The position numbers and the translations under genes were made by a program. 64,000 nt of DNA from a virus: positions 36,045-100,044 of the IMG/VR virus record IMGVR_UViG_3300037852_000055; one strand, written 5' to 3'. Position 1 is the first letter of the stretch. The number at the start of each line of letters is the position of its first letter. A model generated the notes under the pieces. The model was not told where the DNA came from and ran no database searches. It saw only the letters and a program-made list of their open reading frames with translations. Shown one piece after another: positions 37,805-47,474 of this stretch.

Positions 37805-38653
37805 ATGATGATGTACCAAGATAAATTAGTTGCTGCTATAAAAGTCAATGGTAAGGTTTTGCGTGAACAAGGGGACACAGTAACAATTCCCTTTGGTTCA
37901 GAGTACTCAGTGCTACTTAAGAATTTGAACTCAGTTCGCGTGCAGGCTAAGGTTTCTGTGGACGGCAAGGATGCTACAGAGGGAACTTGGCTTATTATTG
38001 AGCCTAACTCAAGTTTAGAGTTAGAGAGATTCATTAAGAATGGAAACTTAGACTCAGGAAATAAGTTGAAGTTCATTGAACGTACAAAAGTAATTGAAGA
38101 CCATCGCGGAATCAAGGAAGACGATGGCATTGTACGTATTGAGTATAAAACAGAGCGTAAACCTAAGGTTGTTGACAAGACAATTGTGCGAGAGCACTAT
38201 GTAGATAACTATCATTACTGGGATTACTACTGGCCTTATCATTATTGGCCTTATACTAAACCATGCACCCCATATAATAGACCAGGGCTTTGGATGAGCA
38301 CCCTTAGCAAGTCTTCAGGCCTTACAGGTACTATACAAACAAGCTCTGGTGTGCAATGCATGGCCATGAATTCTTCAGGAGATTCTGGGGCTACGCTGGA
38401 TTCTTCTTTTAATGACTCAGGGATTACAGTCCCTGGCAGCAAGAGCGAACAAAAGTTCACCTCAGTTTCCGGCTTCGACACGTATGAACAAAGCCAAGTA
38501 TTAGTGATTAGGCTCAGGGGGGAAGTAAAAGGTAAACCAGTTAGTAAACCAGTGTTTGTTGCTACAAAGTTAGTATGTGAAACCTGTGGTAAAACCAGTG
38601 GAAGTGACTCAAGGTTTTGCAATGGGTGTGGCACAGCATTGGAGATAGTTTAA
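37805..38653 (+). CDS. Hypothetical protein with C-terminal double zinc ribbon
   Basis: CETCG...FCNGCG. Confidence 0.75.
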   Translation: MMMYQDKLVAAIKVNGKVLREQGDTVTIPFGSEYSVLLKNLNSVRVQAKVSVDGKDATEGTWLIIEPNSSLELERFIKNGNLDSGNKLKFIERTKVIEDHRGIKEDDGIVRIEYKTERKPKVVDKTIVREHYVDNYHYWDYYWPYHYWPYTKPCTPYNRPGLWMSTLSKSSGLTGTIQTSSGVQCMAMNSSGDSGATLDSSFNDSGITVPGSKSEQKFTSVSGFDTYEQSQVLVIRLRGEVKGKPVSKPVFVATKLVCETCGKTSGSDSRFCNGCGTALEIV

Positions 38654-38665
38654 GTTACAAAGAAT

Positions 38666-38745
38666 ACCCAAGGGTTGCTCCTTGGGTTAGAGCTTGGGGG
38701 TGCTCGTACACCCCTAGGCTCGACCTTACGAGAGGAAATAGAGAA
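38666..38745 (+). ncRNA. Endonuclease-leader pseudoknot RNA, copy C
   Basis: Hairpin 38666-38687; stem 38690-38721; loop CUCGUA pairs with UACGAG 38727-38732. Confidence 0.8.
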
Positions 38746-39348
38746 ATGTTTGGTATTATTTACAGGATTACAAATAAAATTACAGACATGTCCTATGTGG
38801 GACAAACTGTGCAAACCTTAAGAGAGCGGTGGGTGGAGCACGTTTCTCATGCTAAGAACAAAACCACCGATTCCTATATTGCTAAGGCAATACTTAAGTA
38901 CGGAGCAGAAAACTTTGAAATAGCAATCCTGCAAGAGTGTGAAAGTAGAGAAGAGTTGGATTTCTCAGAAGTATTCTATGTATCTCTGCTTAATACTAAA
39001 GTGCCCAATGGGTATAACTTAGCTGATGGTGGTGGAGGAGTATCTGGGTGGGCCAATGGAAAAGGTTGGGTACCTACCGAGGAAACGCGCAGGAAGCTCA
39101 GTGAAGCAGGAAAAGGAAATACCAATGCTTTAGGCAAAAAGTATTCTGCTGAGTTTAGAGTTAAGGTTAGTGCAGCTTTAAAAAGAAGAATACGTAGGAA
39201 AGAATCTTATGAAAAGGCAGCACGAACTGCAATAGAGAACCAAAGCCACAAGCGACCTCTTACTGCTAAACAAATAGCAGGCAACACATCAAGAAGAGGA
39301 AAGCCGTGGTCAGCAGCACGAAGAGAAGCACAAAATAAACGGAGATAG
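38746..39348 (+). CDS. GIY-YIG homing endonuclease with NUMOD3-type repeats
   Basis: GIIYRITN...YVGQT...R..EH...AILKYG.ENF...E...GYNL..GG; TEETRRKLS. Confidence 0.9.
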   Translation: MFGIIYRITNKITDMSYVGQTVQTLRERWVEHVSHAKNKTTDSYIAKAILKYGAENFEIAILQECESREELDFSEVFYVSLLNTKVPNGYNLADGGGGVSGWANGKGWVPTEETRRKLSEAGKGNTNALGKKYSAEFRVKVSAALKRRIRRKESYEKAARTAIENQSHKRPLTAKQIAGNTSRRGKPWSAARREAQNKRR

Positions 39349-39614
39349 TGTATCTCCTCAGCACTTGCATCCAGAAACGGGATGTTCAAGCCGGAATCTA
39401 GGTGAATGCTAGACAGGTGCTAAGGAGCTATACGCTCAGATTTCTGGCCTTCAAAACGTTTAGCCCGAACCAATCCCTAAAGATTTAAAACTTGATAAGG
39501 CAGAGCGCAGAGAAGCGATTAAGAAACAAACTCAGGCGGAAAAGCCCCGGTAAATGTTCAGAAATATTTACCATACATACGTGTGGGTTAACCGAAGTAG
39601 TAGGTAATAAGTAT

Positions 39615-41632
39615 ATGGCACTATTAGAGGCTTAACAACAGCAGGCCTCGTTAAATTTCTCCTGATTGTCTTGGAACCTGTGACGGTAACAAGGCGGAAG
39701 ATTTAGAAAAAGTAGCACACAATTTCTAAATCACCGTGAGAGACTAAGCGGAGAAACGTCCAAGGACGATGCGATAGTCCGAGCTTTACGAGAACAGAAT
39801 CGTAAGAGGTTGGCAGAAATGACTAACCATGCATTTTACAATGCATTAACAAAATGGCTGTAGAAGCAGTCGAACTGGACGCCTTTGCTAAGGAAATTCC
39901 TGATTTGGTTTTCCATGGCACAACGGCCTACAGTATGTTCAAAAACGAAGCTACGAAGATCCCTGTGTCTAACCAGAGTAACGCTGGTGGCGTGCAGAGA
40001 CCAAGCTTCAGAGTACCTTTCCGGGTACAGGCTGGTGCTGCAATTAGCCAAGGCACTGGCAACGCAGATTCAATGAACCGGGGAACTGGTAGCCAATGGG
40101 CTTCCTTTGCTCTGGCTCCCGTATATCTGTTTAATGTCTGTGAAATTTCTTGGCTGGCCCAGGCTTCAACGGACAGTAAGCAGAAGGGTTTGTTCGCTGT
40201 CAAAGCCCAGGAGATGAAGAATTCTCTGGATGCGGCTATGCAAGGCATCGAGGGCCTAATCAACTCCGATGGTTCTGGTATGATTGACCAGATTCCTAGC
40301 ACTGCGACCATTGTGCTTTCTGGTGGTTCCCCTGCTTCACAAACTGCTAGTATCGCAGGAGTGAACGTTGCTGTGGCCTTTACGGATCAGCAAGTAGTTC
40401 AGTTCTTCAGTACTGGCGGGGTTCAGCGTACAGGTGGACGTACAACTGCGACCATCTCCTATTCTGATGGCCCAAGCAACACTTTGTACTTCAGTACCGC
40501 TCTCCCTACCGACGTAGTTGTTACCGATTACATCGTTGTGGCTGGCGCAACTTATGGAGCTGGTAACTCCATTCTGGGTATTAAGGCTTGGGATGTGAAT
40601 AGCAATACTGGAACTATCGGCGGATTGAATCGCAATGCTTATCCTGGCCGTTTGAGCACCCCAACCATTAATTTGGCTGGAGCAGCTTTGACCCCAGGCA
40701 TCGGGCAACGCGCAGAAGTACTCCTAGGCCGCGCCCTAGGACCAGATGCGGACAGCATTAAGTCGGGCATTTGGTATGGCCCACCTGAGCAAGCATTCGC
40801 ACAGAGCAATTTGATGTACAATGTGCAAATTGCAAATGCCCAGGATATTAAGGGAGACAAAACCCTTGACATGGGTAAGAAGTACTTCAGTGATACGTTC
40901 TGCGGACGCAAGTATCACAAGAGCTGGACTGCGATTAACAACCGCATGGATTTGCTTGTACTAGACAACTGGTACATTGGAGAGTTGAGCCCACTTGAGC
41001 TGTACGACTTCGGTGGCGGTGAGAAATAACGCTGCTCTATTCAGAAATGAATATTGTGAATCGAGAGAATTCAGGGAAACTCCTTAATGGACAATCCTGA
41101 GCCGAGCCTCGCAAGGGGAAGGTGCAACGACTATTCCGAAAGGAAGTAGGGAACAGTGTTCCCGAAGTACTCGATACCCGTTAGGGTAATGATATAGTCT
41201 GATCTTACAAGGAATTGTGAGAGAGCAAATGGAAACGATTTGCTCGTAACATGAATGAACGTAGTTGCTCCTGTTCCAGACATTAATGGTCAAGCTGGAA
41301 CTTCTAGTTATTTGACCTCGCACATGTTTGCGTATAATACGTGCTTGTCCCAAAAGGTTAGAGCACTTTAAATTCAATCTGATTGACTCGAACCCTGAGA
41401 TGGCAACGAGGCGGAAGGCAAGTTTTTTTGTAACAAAACTTGACACCGTGAGAGACTAAGCGATTGAACACAGTAATGTGATGCAATAGTCCGAGCTTTA
41501 CGAGAACAAAATCGTAAGAGTGTAGCAGAAATGACTACACCATGCTTAAGCATGCAACAATAACGTAACCTAGCAAACGCCGCTCCCAGAGCGGGTCTTT
41601 ATGTGCAAAATGCTGCGGTTCCAACAGTATAA
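39615..41632 (+). CDS. Major capsid protein, spliced: join(39615..39632,39857..41020,41258..41346,41566..41632), 445 aa
   Basis: Removing three introns gives MALLEA|AVEAVELD...FGGG|NVVAPV...YNTCF|NLANAAPRAG...VPTV*; position after portal and scaffold. Confidence 0.85.
39633..39856 (+). ncRNA. Group I intron 1 (ORF-less, 224 nt)
   Basis: P1 GAGGCU/GGCCUC with U-G; P10 ACAGC/GCUGU; P3 UUUCUCC/GGAGAAA; P7 GACUA/UAGUC; terminal G. Confidence 0.9.
41021..41257 (+). ncRNA. Group I intron 2 (ORF-less, 237 nt)
   Basis: P1 GGCGGU/GCUGCU; core AAUUCAGGGAAAC, AAUCCUGAGCC, GGUGCAACGACUA, GAUAUAGUC; 3' site inferred from frame plus terminal G. Confidence 0.88.
41347..41565 (+). ncRNA. Group I intron 3 (ORF-less, 219 nt)
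   Basis: P1 GUGCUU/GAGCAC; P10 AGGUUA/UAACCU; P3 UUCAAUC/GAUUGAA; P7 GACUA/UAGUC; terminal G. Confidence 0.9.
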
Positions 41633-41649
41633 TTGGAACAATACTTAAG

Positions 41650-41759
41650 TTGACTTAGCCTCATGAACTTTGTTATACTAAGTATAGTAACAAATTGGGA
41701 AAGGGAGCAGCCTGACACTGCTCCCGATTCCATAAATCGTGTCAGGAGATTTTATTAGG
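41650..41759 (+). promoter_or_regulatory. Promoter plus variant pseudoknot leader (copy E)
   Basis: TTGACT...TGtTATACT; stem GGGAGCAG/CUGCUCCC; loop CCUGACA pairs with UGUCAGG 41740-41746. Confidence 0.65.
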
Positions 41760-42299
41760 ATGCCAACCAGCAAAGGAACATTGCATTTAAGTAGTACAAA
41801 ACTTGAGAAGTATGGAATTACAGCAGAGATGTACAGGGAGTCTAGAGAAAAAGGGCTAAAGTGGTGTGGATGGCACAAGAGGTTTGAAGAGCCTTTGTTG
41901 TTTAATAAAGGGTGTAAGTTGTGTAGAGAAGGTGCCAAAGAAAGAGACAGGGAACTTTATGGTAAGTTTGGGAATGCAAGAAAACACCATGCTCCTAAAA
42001 ACCACTATGAAGATACTTTGTTAAAGCAAGACGGACACTGTGCATTATGCTCAGCAACTGAAGGAACAGGTCTTCATATTAGGCTACACATTGACCATGA
42101 CCACAAGTGCTGTAACAAAAAATCTTCCTGTGGCAAGTGCTTACGGGGTCTTCTTTGTTGGGAATGCAACCATCAATTGGGAAGATTAGAAGAACTGCTA
42201 ACACAAGTAGAAACCATTGTTCCCGCCCCCGGTACGTGGCTAGAGAAAGCCTTGGGGTATCTTAAGCATTGGCAAGAGGTTCATAATGGTACTCACTGA
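41760..42299 (+). CDS. Endonuclease VII-family homing endonuclease
   Basis: QDGHCALC...LHIDHDH.CC...SCGKCLRGLLCWECN..LG. Confidence 0.9.
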   Translation: MPTSKGTLHLSSTKLEKYGITAEMYRESREKGLKWCGWHKRFEEPLLFNKGCKLCREGAKERDRELYGKFGNARKHHAPKNHYEDTLLKQDGHCALCSATEGTGLHIRLHIDHDHKCCNKKSSCGKCLRGLLCWECNHQLGRLEELLTQVETIVPAPGTWLEKALGYLKHWQEVHNGTH

Positions 42300-42624
42300 A
42301 CAACAAAAAGTAGAGACTAAGAACTTCCTAGCAGGCCTAGAAGAAACCGAAGGTTATGCCTGTGAATGTGAGCAGTGTGAAGAACTCAGGGAAGCAATTA
42401 AAGATTCGACTCAGGATATCCATAGTGAAACCTAATGAGCATGACTTACCTCACAGTGATGCTGGGCACAACCCTTTGTGGTGTGGTGGTGATTGCAATG
42501 GGCAGTGCTGCGGTGATGACCCTTGTTGGTCTTGTATTTTATGGGCATTTGATAAGCTAGTTGATTTAGAGCATGGCGTTCCTAAGGCTAACCCTTGTCC
42601 AGAATGCCATGAGGAGATGACTCA

Positions 42625-43092
42625 GTGAATGACTTTTATTTAAATATGTCAGGAGCTATGATTGCTCCCGGTAACATAGATTTGTTACTTATGCGCTCAG
42701 GATTGCAGTGGGAAATGCACCCGGCGCAGGTATTTGCCTTGGAACTTAGGGCTATAGAGATGGGTACCCAAGTTTACATAGAATATGATGAGACAAAACC
42801 TTTTGACATTGAAGATACTAAGGAATTATTTAAGCCTACCCCACACACACTCATGGGTATACCTGTAGTACTTAAGCAAAACTATCCCATGTCTCTTATA
42901 CGCCTAATGTATGAGGGCCGGGAAATTAGCCGTATAGAAAACGCAGCTATTCCTTATGGATGGGCAGATCTTGCTAATTATGATGAATGGCAGAAGTCTG
43001 AGGTTGAAAAGTTCCAAAAGATTGGACTAAGAAGCAAGTTAAACCCACGGTGTAAAGAGTGCAACCAGGAACTCCCATGCGTGAATTCTTAA
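42625..43092 (+). CDS. Hypothetical protein
   Basis: ORF track; GTGA coupling. Confidence 0.65.
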   Translation: MNDFYLNMSGAMIAPGNIDLLLMRSGLQWEMHPAQVFALELRAIEMGTQVYIEYDETKPFDIEDTKELFKPTPHTLMGIPVVLKQNYPMSLIRLMYEGREISRIENAAIPYGWADLANYDEWQKSEVEKFQKIGLRSKLNPRCKECNQELPCVNS

Positions 43093-43203
43093 TATATGCA
43101 GTGATGTTCGTGGCATTTATGTTTGGTATAGGGCAGTGGAATTTTAAGAGATTAAGACCTAAGATTGCGCGGAGAGAGCGTACAAAGATTCAGGAGAATA
43201 AGT

Positions 43204-43452
43204 ATGAGTAGATTTTCAGAAATTATGGATGACATTGGAAGCAATGGTCACCTACCGATTGGCTTGGTAATGTTCCTTGTAGGTGCGGTGGTGTATTTAC
43301 GGCATGGACTCGATGCATCTTTTGTGACGTTCTCAGGGAGTATTTTGACATTCTTAGGTGGGCATATGTTTATACAAAACAATAATAAAGGAAGCGACAG
43401 CACTCCCATCACTAATAGTACGCCAACGGTTCCGCCTACACCGAAACCATAA
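43204..43452 (+). CDS. Small two-TM protein (holin-like)
   Basis: Two hydrophobic segments and a polar tail; AGGAG RBS. Confidence 0.5.
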   Translation: MSRFSEIMDDIGSNGHLPIGLVMFLVGAVVYLRHGLDASFVTFSGSILTFLGGHMFIQNNNKGSDSTPITNSTPTVPPTPKP

Positions 43453-43560
43453 GTTTCTGTTCCTTTGGATGCATATCTATACAGGGACAGACTAGCCCTG
43501 CGGGGTTCCCTGTATGCAAAGTGTGAACCCCGCCGTGGGCATAATTGTAAGACTCAGGAG

Positions 43561-44391
43561 ATGACTCAGATGTGGTTTAAGAAAAAGCCCAAGGTGGAAC
43601 CTAAGGTTGTACCTTTGGAGCCTGTAGAAGAAAAAGAAGAGCCACTAGAACCTGTATGTTCTATTAGGTATAGTAGAGAATTAACCTCAGGGCTAAATAG
43701 GGGACATGCTTTTCCTCCAGTATTTGCAAATGTGCCAGAGTATAATTATCTCAATAGGGTGTGGGTATACAACGTAAGTACTATGGATTTTGAAGTTGAT
43801 AACCCAGTACTTAAAGTAGCTAAGATACCAGGAAGAACTTTAGAAGAGAAATACTCTGTATACACTAGTTTTCCAATGGCAATGAAGATGCCCAAAGAAA
43901 ATGTGGATAATGGAGAAGTTCAGTTTGTGTTTATGGATGGCAGACGTTTTGCAATGGATCTTATAAACCCAGACAATTTAGGCCTAGATCAAGATGCTAA
44001 GTTAATATACATCACTTCCCCAGGAAGAGACCTAGGAGCAAAGGGAGTTTTCTGGTCATTACAAAATCCTCCTCCTAAAGAAGCAATAGATGCGGCTAGG
44101 AAACGCATGGTTAAGCGTTACAAAATGCTTCTGGAGCAAGTTGGTACTAAAATTTTTGTAACAGGTATGTCTTTTAACCAGAAAGTAAAAGCATTGGTTA
44201 GTGAGTTTAAGAAGACTAAGTACTATGCTCAGTATAAACCTAAGCAGCTTAAGCAAATGGCTGAAGACCGTATAAAGTTTCAATTGGGAATTACACCGGA
44301 GCACCATGCAGCCGCAGAGCATTATAAGTTGAAGACCGAGTGGCACCCAGCATTAGAACCTAGACTCAGGAGAACTCAGAAATGCCAGTAG
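43561..44391 (+). CDS. Hypothetical protein, paralog of 46560-47474
   Basis: Shared D.INPDNLG..QDA, DLGAKG.FWSL and PEHHAAAE motifs. Confidence 0.75.
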   Translation: MTQMWFKKKPKVEPKVVPLEPVEEKEEPLEPVCSIRYSRELTSGLNRGHAFPPVFANVPEYNYLNRVWVYNVSTMDFEVDNPVLKVAKIPGRTLEEKYSVYTSFPMAMKMPKENVDNGEVQFVFMDGRRFAMDLINPDNLGLDQDAKLIYITSPGRDLGAKGVFWSLQNPPPKEAIDAARKRMVKRYKMLLEQVGTKIFVTGMSFNQKVKALVSEFKKTKYYAQYKPKQLKQMAEDRIKFQLGITPEHHAAAEHYKLKTEWHPALEPRLRRTQKCQ

Positions 44392-45158
44392 GGGATCGTT
44401 TAGCAAGAGGTGATGCCAGTGCTCAGTTTACTACTGGGTCTGGACTCAGTGATTTTCAGCATGACCTAGCTGTACGACCAGAAATTGTGTCTGAGAAGTA
44501 TGGGCTAAGTCAAGTAGAAGTAGCTCAATACATGGTGCAAAGAGAGCGTGGGGAAGCCCTGCCAGACCTTAAGGCTGTAGATACGGATGAATCTCAGGAC
44601 ATTGCTGGGGGTATATCTGTAGTAGATAAAAGACATACCTATGACTCTAAGCCTATAAAGAAAGCAGAGAAAAAGTTTCAGGATAAGGAGTATTCAGATC
44701 CTTCTACAATTCTTGACCGTATCTTAGTTAAGCGCATTCCAGAGGATGAGGAGAGGTTTGAAATTCTTGAGGATGGAAGTCTAAGAAACAAGGAAACAGG
44801 ATTTGTTATTCCTTACGCTTACCGCCAACACAACAACATTGGTATTGTATTAGCAGTGGGGCAATTTGTAGTCCTTGGAGGACTCAGGGTGCCCATGGGT
44901 GCAATTGTACGCCCAGGTGATCGCGTGACGTTCGGTGATTACAATTCAGAGGTTTATAAACAACCAACAGAAAAGACTAAGAAAATGTGTGATGCAGTAC
45001 AGATGAACTATGAGGCAGATGAAGAAGGACTACGAGTGGTTCGTGTACAGGATATACGTACTGTAGAGCGTCCTAAGCAAATGTCATGGTTTAAAACTCT
45101 GTTAGTTTCATTTCGTACTCTATACCTTACTCAGGGGGTTTACGATGGGAGAACCTAG
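44382..45158 (+). CDS. GroES-like co-chaperonin domain with N-terminal extension
   Basis: LDRILVKR...GFVIP...GIVLAVG...VRPGDRV.F..Y...VR..DI. Confidence 0.7.
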   Translation: MPVGDRLARGDASAQFTTGSGLSDFQHDLAVRPEIVSEKYGLSQVEVAQYMVQRERGEALPDLKAVDTDESQDIAGGISVVDKRHTYDSKPIKKAEKKFQDKEYSDPSTILDRILVKRIPEDEERFEILEDGSLRNKETGFVIPYAYRQHNNIGIVLAVGQFVVLGGLRVPMGAIVRPGDRVTFGDYNSEVYKQPTEKTKKMCDAVQMNYEADEEGLRVVRVQDIRTVERPKQMSWFKTLLVSFRTLYLTQGVYDGRT

Positions 45159-45420
45159 TGAATTGGTTCAACCTGCCTTCGATAAATTCTGGGACAACCC
45201 CCCATCTCGCAGAGAACTACAGAAGGCCTTCAACAAGATTGGTCAGAACCAAGACTACTTGTTTGGTGCTGTTGATACTCAGGCCCTTGTTGGAAACTTC
45301 CTTTGTGAAACCCTAGGAGTTACTAAGGGTCAACTTGATGCTTATGTTGCCAAGAAAGCTGCAGAGTTAGAAGAGCAAAGGAAAAAAGCTGAAGAGGAAG
45401 CAAAGATAAATGCTCAGTAG
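45145..45420 (+). CDS. Hypothetical protein
   Basis: ORF track. Confidence 0.65.
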   Translation: MGEPSELVQPAFDKFWDNPPSRRELQKAFNKIGQNQDYLFGAVDTQALVGNFLCETLGVTKGQLDAYVAKKAAELEEQRKKAEEEAKINAQ

Positions 45421-45784
45421 AGTTGAAAAAAAGAAGGCTTCTATAAGAGCATCAAAGTGGAACAAAGAAAACCCTAAACGCCATAAAGAGATACACAAAG
45501 CTATGAGAGCACGTAGAAAGTTGGATGTGCTTACACATTATGGCCCTAAAGGAAAACTTGGGTGTTGTTGGAAGGGTTGTAAAGTTATTGACATTGATAT
45601 GCTATCTTTAGACCATATGAACAATGATGGCCATCTTCATCTTAAGAACGGTTTAAAAGTTCAGGGACAAGCCTTGTATTTAGATGTAAAGAACAGGAAT
45701 TTTCCAAAGGGTTTTCAAACTCTGTGCCACAATCATCAACAAAAGAAGATGATTATGTTAGCGAGAGGAGAACCCCTTGTATAG
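45410..45784 (+). CDS. HNH-like endonuclease
   Basis: HYG...CC..GC...LSLDH.NNDG...FP.GFQTLCHNH. Confidence 0.7.
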   Translation: MLSRVEKKKASIRASKWNKENPKRHKEIHKAMRARRKLDVLTHYGPKGKLGCCWKGCKVIDIDMLSLDHMNNDGHLHLKNGLKVQGQALYLDVKNRNFPKGFQTLCHNHQQKKMIMLARGEPLV

Positions 45785-46544
45785 TGATGTTGAAAAATAT
45801 CAATGTTATATATGTCCAGAGGAATTTCAACAACGATTAACGGATGTAGGAGGTATTAACTCTTATGATGAGCCAAATTTTCGCCTCGTGTGGTCTCAGG
45901 GAGGAGATGAGCATGCTCTGTATCGTGCTGGAGGAGCTTGGGACATAGAAGGATTACCCTCCTTTCGTGGTTATAGGGATCTTCTTGTTGGTGGAGGAAC
46001 ACCAAGTTGGGCACTTCTTCAATGGCATCCTGCTATAGAATATGGAACCCCTGAGAGCTATTATGTGATGAATCACGATGGTGATACTGGGCTGCAAGAC
46101 TTAGGAGAGTTTCCTTATTCAGGACGATACCAGCTTCTGTATAATCTTCGTTGGAGTGAACGTCGAGGCAATAAGCTTTACTTTGAAGCTATGCCATTAA
46201 ATTCTTTCCTTTTGGAGACTGTCATACCCATTATTACTCAGGCTAGGGAAATTTCTTGGGAAAAAACTAAGGCAGCTTTACAAGACCAAAAGAACAAAGA
46301 AGATCAAGCAGATATTAGTATGATTGAGGACGTAATGCACGACAATAAGGTGCCCTTTGGGGGAAACCCTGTGTCGTATACCAAACAAGGGTGCAGAACC
46401 TCACTTATAGACAAAAAAATAGAAGCAATGACTCGGAATATGAACACCATTATGTTCAATGCTAAATCCTTGGGGAAAGGTTTGGCTAATCCAGACCAGA
46501 ATTCCCCAACAGTACAAGCAGAACTCAGAAGACGAGCAACTTAG
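45777..46544 (+). CDS. Hypothetical (probably virion-associated) protein
   Basis: ORF track; late cluster. Confidence 0.7.
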   Translation: MYSDVEKYQCYICPEEFQQRLTDVGGINSYDEPNFRLVWSQGGDEHALYRAGGAWDIEGLPSFRGYRDLLVGGGTPSWALLQWHPAIEYGTPESYYVMNHDGDTGLQDLGEFPYSGRYQLLYNLRWSERRGNKLYFEAMPLNSFLLETVIPIITQAREISWEKTKAALQDQKNKEDQADISMIEDVMHDNKVPFGGNPVSYTKQGCRTSLIDKKIEAMTRNMNTIMFNAKSLGKGLANPDQNSPTVQAELRRRAT

Positions 46545-46559
46545 ACTCAAGGAGATATA

Positions 46560-47474
46560 ATGCCAGAAGTACAAGCATCAGTAAAATATAGTGAAGGACT
46601 CAGTAGAAGCCAGACCACAGCACATAACGATGGTTTTTCAGTATTTGGTAGTCAGAACTATGCGTTTAGCCGCCCACCCGACTATTTAGTTTATGTGTAC
46701 AACATTTCGGAGCAAGAGCATGTAGTTTCTCGTCCTCCTTTGTTTTCTGAGATGAAACTCAAAGGACGTTTGCCTAGTGAGGAGTATAGATTGGTTGCCG
46801 TGTTTCCGCAGCCCTTAAACCTGCCGAAGGGAAACGTAGATTCAAACGAAGTAGATTTCTTCGTACAAGACACGCGCCGCTTTGTGACAGACATGATTAA
46901 CCCTGATAACCTTGGGATTAACCAGGATGCGTTCATTGAAAAAAGCACTTCAGGTGGAACCAATGATTTAGGTGCCAAGGGATTGTTTTGGAGTCTCAAT
47001 GGGCCTAGTAACAAAGCTTACAAGAATCCTTATGGGGAGGCTCCAACTGCTGAAGAAGTTTTAGCAGCTCGTAAACGCCTAGAGAAGCGTTACCGTCATC
47101 TTTTGGATCAAGCCAAGGCAACAGAAGTATCAAACCCAGCAAATCTTAGGGAAATACTTAGTCCTGAGCACCATGCGGCTGCTGAGTACTTCGGAGAAAC
47201 CTACAGCTGGCACAATAAGCAGGTACGAGCAGACTACTGCCCTCAGTGTGGTGAAAAGGTACGCGCAGGAGCGGCCTTCCATAAAACAGAGGACGGTGGG
47301 TACTGTGTGCTTGATTGGGATAGAACTATTAAAGCTGGTGTCCGTACCCGAGCGCAGGCTTATGAAGCTACGGAAAACCCAAAGTATGCGCCTAAGGTCG
47401 CTGGCCCAGTAGTGGGAACAGGAACTGCTGGAGACCTAGGAAGAGGCTCAGCAGTCCCTCAGGAAAAACTTTAG
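46560..47474 (+). CDS. Hypothetical protein with CPQCG zinc ribbon
   Basis: AAGGAG RBS; paralog of 43561. Confidence 0.75.
   Translation: MPEVQASVKYSEGLSRSQTTAHNDGFSVFGSQNYAFSRPPDYLVYVYNISEQEHVVSRPPLFSEMKLKGRLPSEEYRLVAVFPQPLNLPKGNVDSNEVDFFVQDTRRFVTDMINPDNLGINQDAFIEKSTSGGTNDLGAKGLFWSLNGPSNKAYKNPYGEAPTAEEVLAARKRLEKRYRHLLDQAKATEVSNPANLREILSPEHHAAAEYFGETYSWHNKQVRADYCPQCGEKVRAGAAFHKTEDGGYCVLDWDRTIKAGVRTRAQAYEATENPKYAPKVAGPVVGTGTAGDLGRGSAVPQEKL

Noticed and set aside
39854-41029. 391-aa ORF as the complete capsid protein
   Set aside because: Its ATG is the end of intron 1 and its stop lies inside intron 2.
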